Below are positions 1-11,404 of a DNA stretch of 64,000 nucleotides, one piece after another. The stretch is taken from contig CM121341.1 of assembly GCA_051530055.1 (NCBI GenBank), positions 7,046,784 through 7,110,783 of the forward strand, written 5' to 3'. Position numbers and translations under genes: made by a program. Below the pieces are notes generated by a model, which searched no databases, had not been told where the DNA came from, and worked only from the letters and a program-made list of their open reading frames with translations. This DNA is from Neoechinorhynchus agilis. Lineage: Eukaryota; Animalia; Acanthocephala. Positions within the stretch are counted from its first letter, which is position 1, and every line of letters starts with the position of its first letter.

Positions 1-116
1 GCTTAAAATGCAATCTAACGATTCTAATTAGACAGCAAAAATGGATGTGTAATTATTTCGAGAAGAGTGGAGTTACCAGGGCATCTCAAAATAGCTAAGA
101 AAACTGTCAATTTCTA

Positions 117-1357
117 CTAGAAATGGACTTGGACCTTACCGTTAATCGATAACCAAAACCTTTCAGCTTCCATAACGGCATAATCAGCATCGTTGCCGAA
201 AATATTGTTCCCACCGCCCTCGGCATTATACTTTAGGACCCACTGTAGCGGTTCATCTTTAACTCGTTTCTTAGCTTCTTCTAACTCATCGTCCACTTCT
301 AGTCTATACATTTCACAAAACAAACTCATTAATTGTCGAGTTGTCTCCTCATCGCAACCAGCATACGTTCTTAACAAATCCGGTCTTCGATACAATTCAG
401 CTTGAATGCGTTTTGTGTTGGCCAATCTTCGATCGATTCCCGTTGATTTCACACAAACACTCGCCTCAATCATCTTTATAGCCGACCATTCATCTTCGGT
501 ATTAAAATGCTTTATCACATAACCAGCTCGGAAATACACTAAAGCGACCTCCATATTGTTGCCCGTATCGTCGTCTTTCAAAAATAACCGATAATCGTTA
601 TCAACGGAACACTTACGAGCGATTTGAGACAAGGTGAGATAAAATACTCGTCTATGGAGTCTAATAGCCAGATTGGTATGATCCGATATGTTAATCTCCT
701 CATTTCCAATCACTACAAAGATCACAACCAATTTAGAGTTATCGTGTTCGTAAAGCTCAATCGCATCTCTTAAAGCCTTTGCTGCTCGATCAGCGCAATC
801 GATCACAAATGTTTTCTCCATCGAATAAGACACTTGATAGAAAAAGTCATTTGATGTTTGTTGCCCCATATCTGTCCATCATGAATATAAGAATGAATGT
901 CTTTAATACGATCAGTGAGTGTGATGTACGCAACACTCACAAGATTAAACTCTACCTGTTTAAATGTTTGATAAATCTTATCTATCATATAATCATTTCT
1001 TGTCAGCTCAACTCTAGCCCTCGGTTTCGTGCCCAACTCGTCTACCTCGTTCATTATTTGTAAGAGTCGTTCAATATACGGATCATGTGCTGATGATTTC
1101 TTTAGAACCGAGTTCAAAAATTTGTGGTCGTTTGCGATTCGATGGTACATGTTAGTAAACAGTGGCTCTAATTGACTGGCTTGCTGGTATACTGCCAAGG
1201 GAACTTTTCCTCGGTTTAGACAAAAAGGGAGATATTGAGCAATGGAGAAACCACGTTCGGGTTCGCGGGCCTGAATGAGACCCGTGGATAGAGCAATCCG
1301 TTTGGCTTGTTGGAGCTTTTCCTTTTCGCTCAACTGGGGAACAACTCTGGAATTCAT
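117..1357 (-). CDS. GSS: Glutathione synthetase (eukaryotic ATP-grasp type), divergent; 3' end probably continues beyond the window start
   Basis: Motifs RNDY, QVEFN, VALVYFRAGY, ANTKRIQ and EGGGNNIFG match eukaryotic GS. ORFs 803-1357 and 117-869 join in frame through a 32-nt GC-AG intron (833-864), which restores the expected spacing. The C-terminal part is not resolved. Confidence 0.85.
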
Positions 1358-1448
1358 ATCTAAAAATTCTATCCAAAACTCTGTTTTACTTGGAAAATTT
1401 AAAAATAGTCATTAATAAACGGCAGTATAAAGGGATGTGGACGCTTTC

Positions 1449-2506
1449 TAGAATATTTTGAACGTAGAAAACGAGTCCATTTTACTATTAGGATCGTTTT
1501 TAATTAGCTCCGACTTGGAATAGCCGGGTAAACCGAACAACAAACCATTATATGAATTTTTGGATAAGATGGAGACGTGACTAGAATATTTTGAACGTGG
1601 AAAACGAGTCCATTTTACTATTAGGATCGTTTTTAATTAGCTGCGACTTGGAATAGCCGGGTAAACCGAACAACAAACCATTATATGAATTTTTGGATAA
1701 GATGGAGACGTGACTAGAATATTTTGAACGTGGAAAACGAGTCCATTTTACTATTAGGATCGTTTTTAATTAGCTCCGACTTGGAATAGCCGGGTAAACC
1801 GAACAACAAACCATTATATGAATTTTTGGATAAGATGGAGACGTGACTAGAATATTTTGAACGTGGAAAACGAGTCCATTTACTATTAGGATCGTTTTTA
1901 TTAGCTCGACTGAATAGCCGGGAAACCGAACAACAAACCATTATATGAATTTTTGGATAAGATGGAGACGTGACTAGAATATTTTGAACGTGGAAAACGA
2001 GTCCATTTTACTATTAGGATCGTTTTTAATTAGCTCCGACTTGGAATAGCCGGGTAAACCGAACAACAAACCATTATATGAATTTTTGGATAAGATGGAG
2101 ACGTGACTAGAATATTTTGAACGTGGAAAACGAGTCCATTTTACTATTAGGATCGTTTTTAATTAGCTCCGACTTGGAATAGCCGGGTAAACCGAACAAC
2201 AAACCATTATATGAATTTTTGGATAAGATGGAGACGTGACTAGAATATTTTGAACGTGGAAAACGAGTCCATTTTACTATTAGGATCGTTTTTAATTAGC
2301 TCCGACTTGGAATAGCCGGGTAAACCGAACAACAAACCATTATATGAATTTTTGGATAAGATGGAGACGTGACTAGAATATTTTGAACGTGGAAAACGAG
2401 TCCATTTTACTATTAGGATCGTTTTTAATTAGCTCCGACTTGGAATAGCCGGGTAAACCGAACAACGAACCATTATATGAATTTTTGGATAAGATGGAGA
2501 CGTGAC
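1449..2506. repeat. Tandem array, 133-bp monomer, 8 copies
   Basis: tagaatattttgaacgt recurs at 1449, 1582, 1715, 1848, 1975, 2108, 2241 and 2374. Confidence 0.97.
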
Positions 2507-3138
2507 AGGTAGAACGTAACTAAAAGACGAGATTTCAACTCGGCGAGCTTCATAATCATAGAATTGAATCGTTGTTGATAGAGTTTTCCAAAGAAACGTT
2601 TTCAAATTCATTAGAACACAAAAATTTAGTGAACATTTACGGGGCTCTTTTTTATGCTCTTACTTGAGTCAATGTGACTTGAAAGGAAAACTTTCTTTGA
2701 ATGCATCATGAAGTTTTTAGTGCGCACAAAGGACGTAGATTCACGGATCTTTCCATAAAGGTCAAAATGTCTTTATTATAATCGTGGAATTAAATTCTCG
2801 TTTTTAAAGTGAAGAAATTAAAAAAGGTTTAAACCGTAATTGTGATCTACTTCTTTTGGCTAGCTAAAAAAAGGATTTAGCAACACGTAGTTTGTTTTTT
2901 GAATAAAAATCACTCATTCGAACGGGGAATTGTGAAGTGTCTCGTTTTTCCGCGACGCAGAGCAATCATTGAATCTATTCAAATAAATCAAAACAGTGAA
3001 GAACACCTAATGGTGATAAAATTTCTATTAAGATTAAAATAGTCTGCTTTAGATGTTTGGAGTCATTCTTCAGCCAAAAATTAGCCATAGCGTAAAACTA
3101 ACTGGAGATTATGATTTTGTTTGAGTCCTAAGCATGAC

Positions 3139-3277
3139 ATATTTTATTTTGAATATTTCACGAGGTAACTTCGCTTCGTCAATCATTGTAAATTAATCAA
3201 ATTAATCTAATCGATTACATTAATTTACAATGACTGATGAGGCAAAGTTACCTCGTGAGATATTTCAAATAAATATT
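3139..3277. repeat. Long imperfect hairpin (~55-bp arms, ~21-nt loop), MITE- or hairpin-RNA-like
   Basis: 3151-3197 (gaatatttcacgaggtaactt...ttgtaaattaat) is the near reverse complement of 3219-3266. Confidence 0.85.
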
Positions 3278-3329
3278 TTATGCATAGGATTCTAATTCGA
3301 TTAATCTGAAGGATTTTCTCTGTCGATGG

Positions 3330-3860
3330 TTTACGGTATTATTGGAATCCGTTAAGAAGCGCTGAAGTCAGATTTATGCCTATTGTGGGACTTCGAGAGT
3401 CCTTCGAAGCTGCGGTTTCTGGAAAAGTATGTTCATTAGATGGCAAAAGGGTAGCGGTGATCCAGAATCAGCGGAAGCCGGACTCGGATTATGGCGACCG
3501 CCAATTGCTCACCATCGTCTCAACTTTTAATATTGCAATGTGGACCGTGTGGATTTCCAAGATCAAGATCTGGGGTCTGGCGAAAGTGTTATTTTATGAC
3601 GAAAAGCAATAAAATTGAATACAAAAACGAAGTAATCTCTCATTTAGGAACTCGTAGACGAGAAAGCTTACCAATGTTCGAAATCGATGTAAACAAAGAC
3701 GACGACGGAATGCCGGTCGTGAGACTTCGAAGGTCCTTCGAAGCTACGGCTTCCGGACAGATCTGGTGATCTGGACTCGGATTATGGTGACCGCTACAAC
3801 CGTCAATTGCTCACCATCGTCTCAACTTTTAGTTTTGCAATGTGAGCCGTGTGGATTACT
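3330..3860 (+). repeat. ~330-bp dispersed and tandem repeat family, locus 1
   Basis: Internal direct repeats (cttcgaagct.cgg at ~3403 and ~3737; ggactcggattatgg twice). An inverted copy lies in an NPC1 intron at 57540-57990. Confidence 0.8.
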
Positions 3861-4661
3861 GGCCACGTAACCGGATCCAGGATTCCATTGTGGCTTTTGG
3901 TACCCAAGGGCACATAGACCCTAACGAATCCTTGAATCCGAGTTGGCTAAAGGTCACGACGACCAGTTCGGCCAACATAACTGAAACCGCGAAAAGTGAC
4001 CAGTAAAAACAAAATGTAAATACTTTTAGCTTCTTTAAACATCGTTTGAGTCACTCGTGCTAGGATGGCAAATATGTCTTCTACCCCATCATATGAGTCG
4101 AGAACGACGTTTCCTAAATAAAGCATGTTATCTCATGGAAGTGCGTTTGCTTCGCTTTTTTATGAGACTAGCAATCTTCTAAGGCACCATTTGAATGAAA
4201 TAGTAGGTTAAATCGGTTAAGGAGTAATCTTTCCTTTTGCACCTCAATTGATCTAGCAATGATTTTGTACACATAAATGAGAGCTCGGACGATTTAAATT
4301 CATTTTTGGAATCATGCTCGCAGTCAGCAACAAGGGTCAAAATCATTAGTGTCGTTCTTTTTGGCGTCGAGACATTCGGGTCGTTTTTACTGCGGCGCAG
4401 GACCTGGTCAAGCAATTGTCTAAGAGATTGAGACGATCCTCCTAACGGTTTGGGAAGTCTGCATCCGTACTTTCGACCGTTACGACACTTTGAGAGATCC
4501 AGAAAGGATATTGTGTGAATCATCTAACTTGTTATATAAAAATCTTTGAGTTTGTCGGATGGAAGCAGAAAAAAAAACACATTTGCGCGGATGTTGGTGA
4601 TTGTTAAAAAACAACTAAAAACCACATTAAAGAACAAACACAGAAGCAATGTTTAAACTAC

Positions 4662-6587
4662 TCAAAAGACAGAATACTCATACTGACCGTTCTTTAATAG
4701 TTCATCATGGAAAACTATTATTTCCATGGACTTGAACTGATCGTCGTTCGAATCCCCATTACATTCGTCACTATTTAAATGAATGGATCCATTCACGAGT
4801 ATACTGCTTCCATCGCCAATATTCATATCTTTTATCAATCGATTATCGTCCACTTCATCGAAATCGGGGGAAATAAAGATCATTCCTGAAAGTGTACTTG
4901 CTTCAGCCTCTTTCAGCTTTAATTCGTTTTCAATTATGAGCCGAATGAGACCGACGGTTGTTGTACTTGCGTTAATCTTCAACCTAAGTTTCCCTTCGCT
5001 GCAGACGCTGCAGTTCGGATTCGGCTTAGGTGGTTCGAACGAACTGATCAAACAATGACCAACTGTCTTCGCTCGTTCGGGATTTTTCGAAACTTTAACA
5101 TTTTGACTCCATTTACCAAGGAGCTTGTATGCAACGAAAACCTGCTTCACTAAACCTCTAGAAGGTGCACTTTGATCGTTGACTTCTTCAGGGAATCCGT
5201 TTTCCAAAACAGCCAAAGCTTGAAGAACAGCCAAGGATGCTACCATTGAGTTGGTTGTTGCAACAGCGGGAACAATGGCACCGGCCATTTGCTTGACGTC
5301 AAACATTGATCCGGTTTCTATTCCAAACAAAGAAGCACGAATATTGGCTGCGGAGTGAATAAAGGCGACCATCGTATCAACGTCCTTGTCAAAATTAAGA
5401 GTTCCCATTCTCTTGTAAAAGGGAAACTCATCGGTTACGAGTAAGACTGAACGACGAGTTTCAGAAGCTAGAAAAAAAAGAGAAACAAGTGCTTAGAAAC
5501 AAATTGATCTTTTTTCTTAAACTCTTGTAAAAACGCAATCTTCTCACCTAATACACCAAAAAGATGAGTTTCCGTTTGATATAGTCTTCGTGTAAGGATT
5601 TAAAATGGCTCAAGAAACTCAGTTTGTACTCTTTTAAAGTCTGATCAGCGTCATCATCGGACCAAATTCTAGGTCTCGTTCGTTTTTCCCACAAGTTCTC
5701 CATTGATAAAAGAGTTAAAATGTCCAATTTAAAAAGTTTATCAAATATTTGCATTGAATCATAGTCGCAATTGGTGGCCCATTGGTGTGTGCTGATTTGT
5801 CTTTTCTTTTCCTTATCGTTTTTATCAGTGTTTTCCGGACTAACGTCATCATCAACATCGGAAACCGTTTGATTGAACAACTGATTGAACAATGCCTTAG
5901 CCCAGACAACACAATGTATCAATTTCGAAGGCGTACTTCTGATAGTACAAGCCGGATACGATATCTGCTTCTTCGGTTTCGCAGTACAATCATAGCATTC
6001 GGTCCTCTGAGCCATAATCGCACTCGTTTGTCCCGAATGACCTCTCGTTCCTGATTCAATCAACGGAATCTTGGCCAGAATACACATCTTATTCACATAA
6101 CTACGAGCTTCATGAGAATCAAGAGCATTTAGGACAAGTTGATACTTTTCAAAGAACTGAAGATCGAGTTTGGTCACATCGTCAGTATAATCGTTTATTT
6201 GGAGTTTCTCTGCATAACGCTTCCCGTCGACCATGATCTCAGCTGCCAACTTAGCAACGGTCGCCTTCGGTTTACCCACATCGCGGCGACGGAACAAAAA
6301 CTGACGGTTCAAATTACTAAATTCAATTGTGTCCAGGTCAATAATGTCCACACGTCGGAAACCAACGCTGATGAGAGCCTTCAAAAGTTCGGACCCAACT
6401 CCACCAACACCGACCAATAGGATACGATACTCAGATAAACGTTCTTGGCTTATGTCGTCATCCAATTGGATCTTTTTGAAAGGTAAACCCTCATCCGATG
6501 ACGTAGTCGATTTTGCTGGAGAAATAAGTCGTTTTCTGGAAGGCACTAGAGAAAAAAAGAAGATAGTCACACCTAACAAAATAAACT
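4662..6587 (-). CDS. UBA2: SUMO-activating enzyme subunit 2
   Basis: GVGGVGSELLK, DLDTIEFSNLNRQFLF, ECYDC, catalytic PACTIRSTP, FDKD...AANIRA and PNPNCSVC. The start codon is probably split A|TG by a 41-nt intron (6546-6586). A GT-AG intron spans 5412-5556. Confidence 0.95.
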
Positions 6588-6698
6588 GTCCAAACGCACA
6601 AAAAGTCGGAAATCAATCGATCAAATCACATGTTCGAAAAATGTTATTAATAGGTTTCAATGGCCGCTTCCGACACGGAAAATCTTATTTCAATACAA

Positions 6699-7847
6699 TG
6701 ACGTCAGTGGTTGTGCAGTGACGTTTCGGTGTACGTTCTTGGGACGGGTTTATTTTGTGGAGTGTTCAAAAAGAAACGGAGAGGCGTGACGAATTCAATT
6801 GGACGCAGTGACGTCAGTGGTTGTGCAGTGACGTTTCGGTGTGCGTTCTTGGGACGGGTTTGTGGAGTGTTCAAAGAAACGGAGAGGCGTGACGAATTCA
6901 ATTGGACGCGGTGACGTCAGTGATTGTACAGTGACGTTTCGGTGTACGTTCTTGGGAGGTTTATTTTGTGGGTGTTCAAAGAAACGGAGAGGCGTGACGA
7001 ATTCAATTGGACGCAGTGACGTCAGTGATTGTGCAGTGACGTTTCGGTGTACGTTCTTGGGACGGGTTTATTTTGTGGAGTGTTCAAAAAGAAACGGAGA
7101 GGCGTGACGAATTCAATTGGACGCAGTGACGTCAGTGATTGTACAGTGACGTTTCGGTGTACGTTCTTGGGACGGGTTTATTTTGTGGAGTGTTCAAAAA
7201 GAAACGGAGAGGCGTGACGAATTCAATTGGACGCGGTGACGTCAGTGATTGTACAGTGACGTTTCGGTGTACGTTCTTGGGACGGGTTTATTTTGTGGAG
7301 TGTTCAAAAAGAAACGGAGAGGCGTGACGAATTCAATTGGACGCAGTGACGTCAGTGGTTGTGCAGTGACGTTTCGGTGTGCGTTCTTGGGACGGGTTTA
7401 TTTTGTGGAGTGTTCAAAAAGAAACGGAGAGGCGTGACGAATTCAATTGGACGCGGTGACGTCAGTGATTGTACAGTGACGTTTCGGTGTACGTTCTTGG
7501 GACGGGTTTATTTTGTGGAGTGTTCAAAAAGAAACGGAGAGGCGTGACGAATTCAATTGGACGCAGTGACGTCAGTGATTGTACAGTGACGTTTCGGTGT
7601 ACGTTCTTGGGACGGGTTTATTTTGTGGAGTGTTCAAAAAGAAACGGAGAGGCGTGACGAATTCAATTGGACGCGGTGACGTCAGTGATTGTACAGTGAC
7701 GTTTCGGTGTACGTTCTTGGGACGGGTTTATTTTGTGGAGTGTTCAAAAAGAAACGGAGAGGCGTGACGAATTCAATTGGACGCAGTGACGTCAGTGATT
7801 GTACAGTGACGTTTCGGTGTACGTTCTTGGGACGGGTTTATTTTGTG
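6699..7847. repeat. Tandem array, 110-bp monomer, ~11 copies, each with a TGACGTCA palindrome
   Basis: TGACGTCA at 6699, 6809, 6912, 7017, 7127, 7237, 7347, 7457, 7567, 7677 and 7787. Confidence 0.97.
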
Positions 7848-7901
7848 TCATCGTGAAGTGGTGCAAGAATCGGTTTTCGATAGTTTTTGAATTTTTTTGC
7901 G

Positions 7902-7975
7902 TGCCCCAGGTGAGGCTCGAACTCACGACCTCCAGATTATGAGACTGGCGCTCTAACCAACTGAGCCACTGGGGC
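7902..7975 (-). tRNA. tRNA-Met (CAT), elongator type
   Basis: Cloverleaf: acceptor stem GCCCCAG/CTGGGGC, D arm GCTC/GAGC, anticodon loop CTCATAA, T arm GTGAG-TTCGAGC-CTCAC. Confidence 0.96.
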
Positions 7976-8257
7976 GATGGAAGCACTGCTTCATTCGATT
8001 AATTAAAGTCTAGGATAAAAATGTATTTTATCGATGCCTTAGATTAATATCCGAATGGAGGAACTAAAATCTTCATAGATTACTAATGAGACTTTCTCGC
8101 GAAGTATTTTAATGTCTTTTTTATCTTCGGGAGAAGACGATACTTTTGGTTTTGAGAATTTTGGAGGAGAAATCGTTCACGCTTTTTTTTCTATCTCGTA
8201 ATTCAATCGGCGTTGTTGTTCAGCAAAAAAAGTTTAATATGAGCTCAACAAAAATCT

Positions 8258-8983
8258 CTACAGTCTGTTTGTTGACGATATCCTATAACATTTTTCACTG
8301 GATCCATATAAATAGGTTTCATCAACGGGAAGACAAATAAAAAGAAACATTTCGATTAGAACAGGACACTAAAGAGTCTGAGAGCTTAAAACAAATAAAG
8401 AGTTGTCAACAAACAGAGAGAAGGACCAATAGAAGACATGATATAAAATTCACTTGTTTTGTTGACAATGAGCAAAATCCAGGTTTAATTGTATTAGTTT
8501 CATTAAAATCTTTGAGCCACCAGCAATATCCTCTAGCGGGTTTGTCGAAATCCTATAGATTTTCTTGTTAAACCGTTCTTTGAAAACAACGAACTTTTTC
8601 AATGGTTAGCATGTATATCATACTCGCCGCGTTTGCGATTACCCAAATGATCAAATAAGGAACGAGCTAACAAAACACACACGTCTAAGCGTATTGAAAA
8701 AGTTTTCAAAAGCTCAAACCCATTTGATTAATCGATTTTTGAATTGATATACTGAACATATAATGAAAAGTACAAAAACGAGAGCTATAAAATCAGCACT
8801 GAACCCAATGTAGTGCTTGGCAGTCAAATCCAATGTTAATCGAAATAATATTCCGACCTGTCATTAACGAATTTTATCATATTAGGGAACATTTAAATGA
8901 CAAACGCCTACCGCTAAGAATGTTGAGAATAGTAACGAGATTGTCCTTGCCCGAAATGCACGAACTGTATATCCTCTAAGCAT
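8258..8983 (-). CDS. NKAIN: NKAIN-family (Na/K-ATPase-interacting) membrane protein, ~5 exons; not in the ORF track
   Basis: Hand-spliced through GT-AG introns: MLRGYTVRAFRARTISLLFSTFLA|VGILFRLTLDLTAKHYIGFSADFIALVFVLFIICSVYQFKNRLIKW|LVPYLIIWVIANAASMIYMLTIEK|DFDKPARGYCWW...GFCSL. This matches the recalled NKAIN pattern LERQVFDF..ANF..VQYR..WVxxNA..SWW..GC. The last exon is uncertain. Confidence 0.7.
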
Positions 8984-9020
8984 TCCAGCGCTTATATAGC
9001 TATGTATTCTAGTAAAGCTA

Positions 9021-9034
9021 GTTTCCATGGAAAC
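9021..9034. promoter_or_regulatory. RFX X-box palindrome GTTTCCATGGAAAC
   Basis: Perfect 14-bp palindrome matching the RFX consensus GTTNCCATGGNAAC, about 40 bp upstream of the NKAIN-like ATG. Confidence 0.6.
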
Positions 9035-9558
9035 GAATCAGACAAGCAGCATTTGTGGTCGTACTGGGCAAGGATTTTAAACAGCCGAAGGTCGTCAGAC
9101 TTTTTTTCGTGTAGCCGTTGGGCTTAACTTCATGAAAATGTCGATATGTGAGATATCGGGGATTGTGATTATTGTTTATAAGTCTACACCCGCGGTAAAT
9201 GATTATTTCGATTAAAAAGACGTTTCGAACCTTGTCGGGTTCATCACCAGTTCTAAAATAATAAACAACAACAATAATAATAATTTTTTTTTAAAAGAAT
9301 AAAAAAATTTTTCAAGCATACATAATTTATAGTTTCATCAATGCTCCCATTCATAGGCGCTGGCCAAAATGCTAGCCGCTTTGCCCCGCTGCACCGAAAT
9401 GCTTATTTTTTGCGCCAAGAACGAAGTCGATCTTGGCTCTCCAGTCGCTGCGTAAATTCGTTTCCCCAAGTCCTTTAGGAGGGCTAGTGCCGACCCTACA
9501 AATTTTTTTTATTCTTTTGAAAAAAAAATCATTCAAAGAAATAAAAAGATCCTTCAGA

Positions 9559-9920
<362 letters not shown>

Positions 9921-10693
9921 CACGTTTATTGGTTAGCTAGCAAAGAAAAGGACCCATGCATCTTTGGGTCCTCATTAAAACTCGGTTTCAGATTTGTTCA
10001 ATGAATGCGGCTGTTGACTTTGGAGTGGATTACGGTTTCGGTCGGGTTGGAAGGGTGCAGGAGAGCTTCAGTCTTTTCTCATATTCACAAGAAGATTTGG
10101 CAGTATGGAAAAAGGAGCGGAGCGAAGTTGTGGGAAGGATGAAATGAATCGGGATTACGAATGTGATTGAGATGATAATTCCACGATCTTTAAGAAAGAC
10201 TTCATGTACGGTTCATCGACAAGCAAAAATGGCTGTTATCACAAGAAAGTGTTAATGTGTCGCTACCGTATTCATCAATTATTCTAACAGCCCTTCAATG
10301 CGCTATTTTCTTGATCTTTTTTATAAGAGCACCGTGAAACAGTGGCCGATAGAGAACAGTCGCGATCAATCGTAGATTTTGGAGTTCAATAAACTAGATT
10401 CGTTCAACAATGTCTCATCGTTCGAAAGAGGTTTCATCGAAACTGCTCGTCGCGTTCTCGGATTTGAAACACAAACAAAACAAATTAAAAGCAATTTTTT
10501 AATATTTTACGGGATCGCAAAAGCGCAAAACAAAACGCTGAATAATTTTAACAAAAACGTTTTCCAAAACTCAGATCGCCGCTAGAATATATATATCGTT
10601 TTTTGTCGTTAATGTATAAAGATTTTTCATTTCACCAATGTACAGTGGTTGCTATAGAAACTGGTCTCGTAAATGAGTTGACTTTGTCTTTAA

Positions 10694-10897
10694 ATGTCAG
10701 TAGTCATCAAAATGAAACTCTACTGGGCATTTTTCATCTTAATCATCGCAATGAGCGTCCTGGCTGATTCGGTTGAAAGTGAGGACTTCAAACAAGAAAT
10801 GGAGGAATCAGAGAATGTTGAGCAGGCCAATAAAGTGGATCGGGCAAAGAGGGATAAAAAGTATGTTAAGCCAATAAGGTTTCTGTATGGTAAATAG
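10694..10897 (+). CDS. Secreted prepropeptide (neuropeptide, toxin or AMP-like); predicted mature peptide DKKYVKPIRFLY-amide
   Basis: Signal peptide MKLYWAFFILIIAMSVLA, acidic spacer, KR site, peptide, GK-stop amidation signal. AATAAA follows the stop directly. Confidence 0.85.
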   Translation: MSVVIKMKLYWAFFILIIAMSVLADSVESEDFKQEMEESENVEQANKVDRAKRDKKYVKPIRFLYGK

Positions 10898-11404
10898 AAT
10901 AAATACGAATCTCAGAGTTTGTGAGTTATGAGGCGTTTTTTTACAATATAAAACAAGAAACCTTATTCTCGGCTTTCAACGCCAAACTTCTTTCAAATGG
11001 TCGTAAAATGGACAACGAAATACATGATAAGATCAATAGTTAAATGTTACTGGCACGCTATTTTTGATTGAGGTTATTGAATCCTTTCCTCGGCTTTTGA
11101 AATAAGGCCACGGCATAGATCGGTGTGGCGCCATGATGATGCCAAAAGCTGAGGAAGAGATACAATAACCTGAATCAATAAGATTAATACTTTCATGCAT
11201 GATCATCGGCGACCGATACTTTTTTAAACGTTCTCTATATTTTTCGATAAAAAATTTACTAGGCAACTAATTTAAAATATGATGTTTATTCGTTCAATTC
11301 AGAACAGTTAAGTGATTAAGCGATTGGATTTAAAATCAGTGGATGGCGGTATTCTACAAATAAACTATATCGGAAAAAATGATTTAACAATTTTATACCG
11401 AATA

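Noticed and set aside
4050-4523. Tc1/IS630-like transposase remnant (PKPLGGS...LDQLRCKRK)
   Set aside because: The similarity is only impressionistic; no DDE motif or TIRs were found.
5410-5574. Non-canonical GA-AG, introner-like intron in UBA2 with 11-bp inverted repeats (GGAAACTCATC)
   Set aside because: A canonical in-frame GT-AG intron (5556-5412) with a good pyrimidine tract explains the gene. The inverted repeat is real but short and may be chance.
9440-9500. Resemblance to part of SRP RNA (cctttaggagggc...ccgaccc)
   Set aside because: The conserved helix-8 GGAAAC/AGCAG motif and the Alu domain are absent.
9990-10150. Short dispersed repeat also seen near 24010 and 59380-59520
   Set aside because: The similarity is real but too fragmentary to define boundaries or class.
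10379-10585. ORFs 10379-10585 and 11033-11266 and their duplicates at 52537 and 51847
   Set aside because: They have non-ATG starts and no motifs. Their conservation reflects only the recent segmental duplication.
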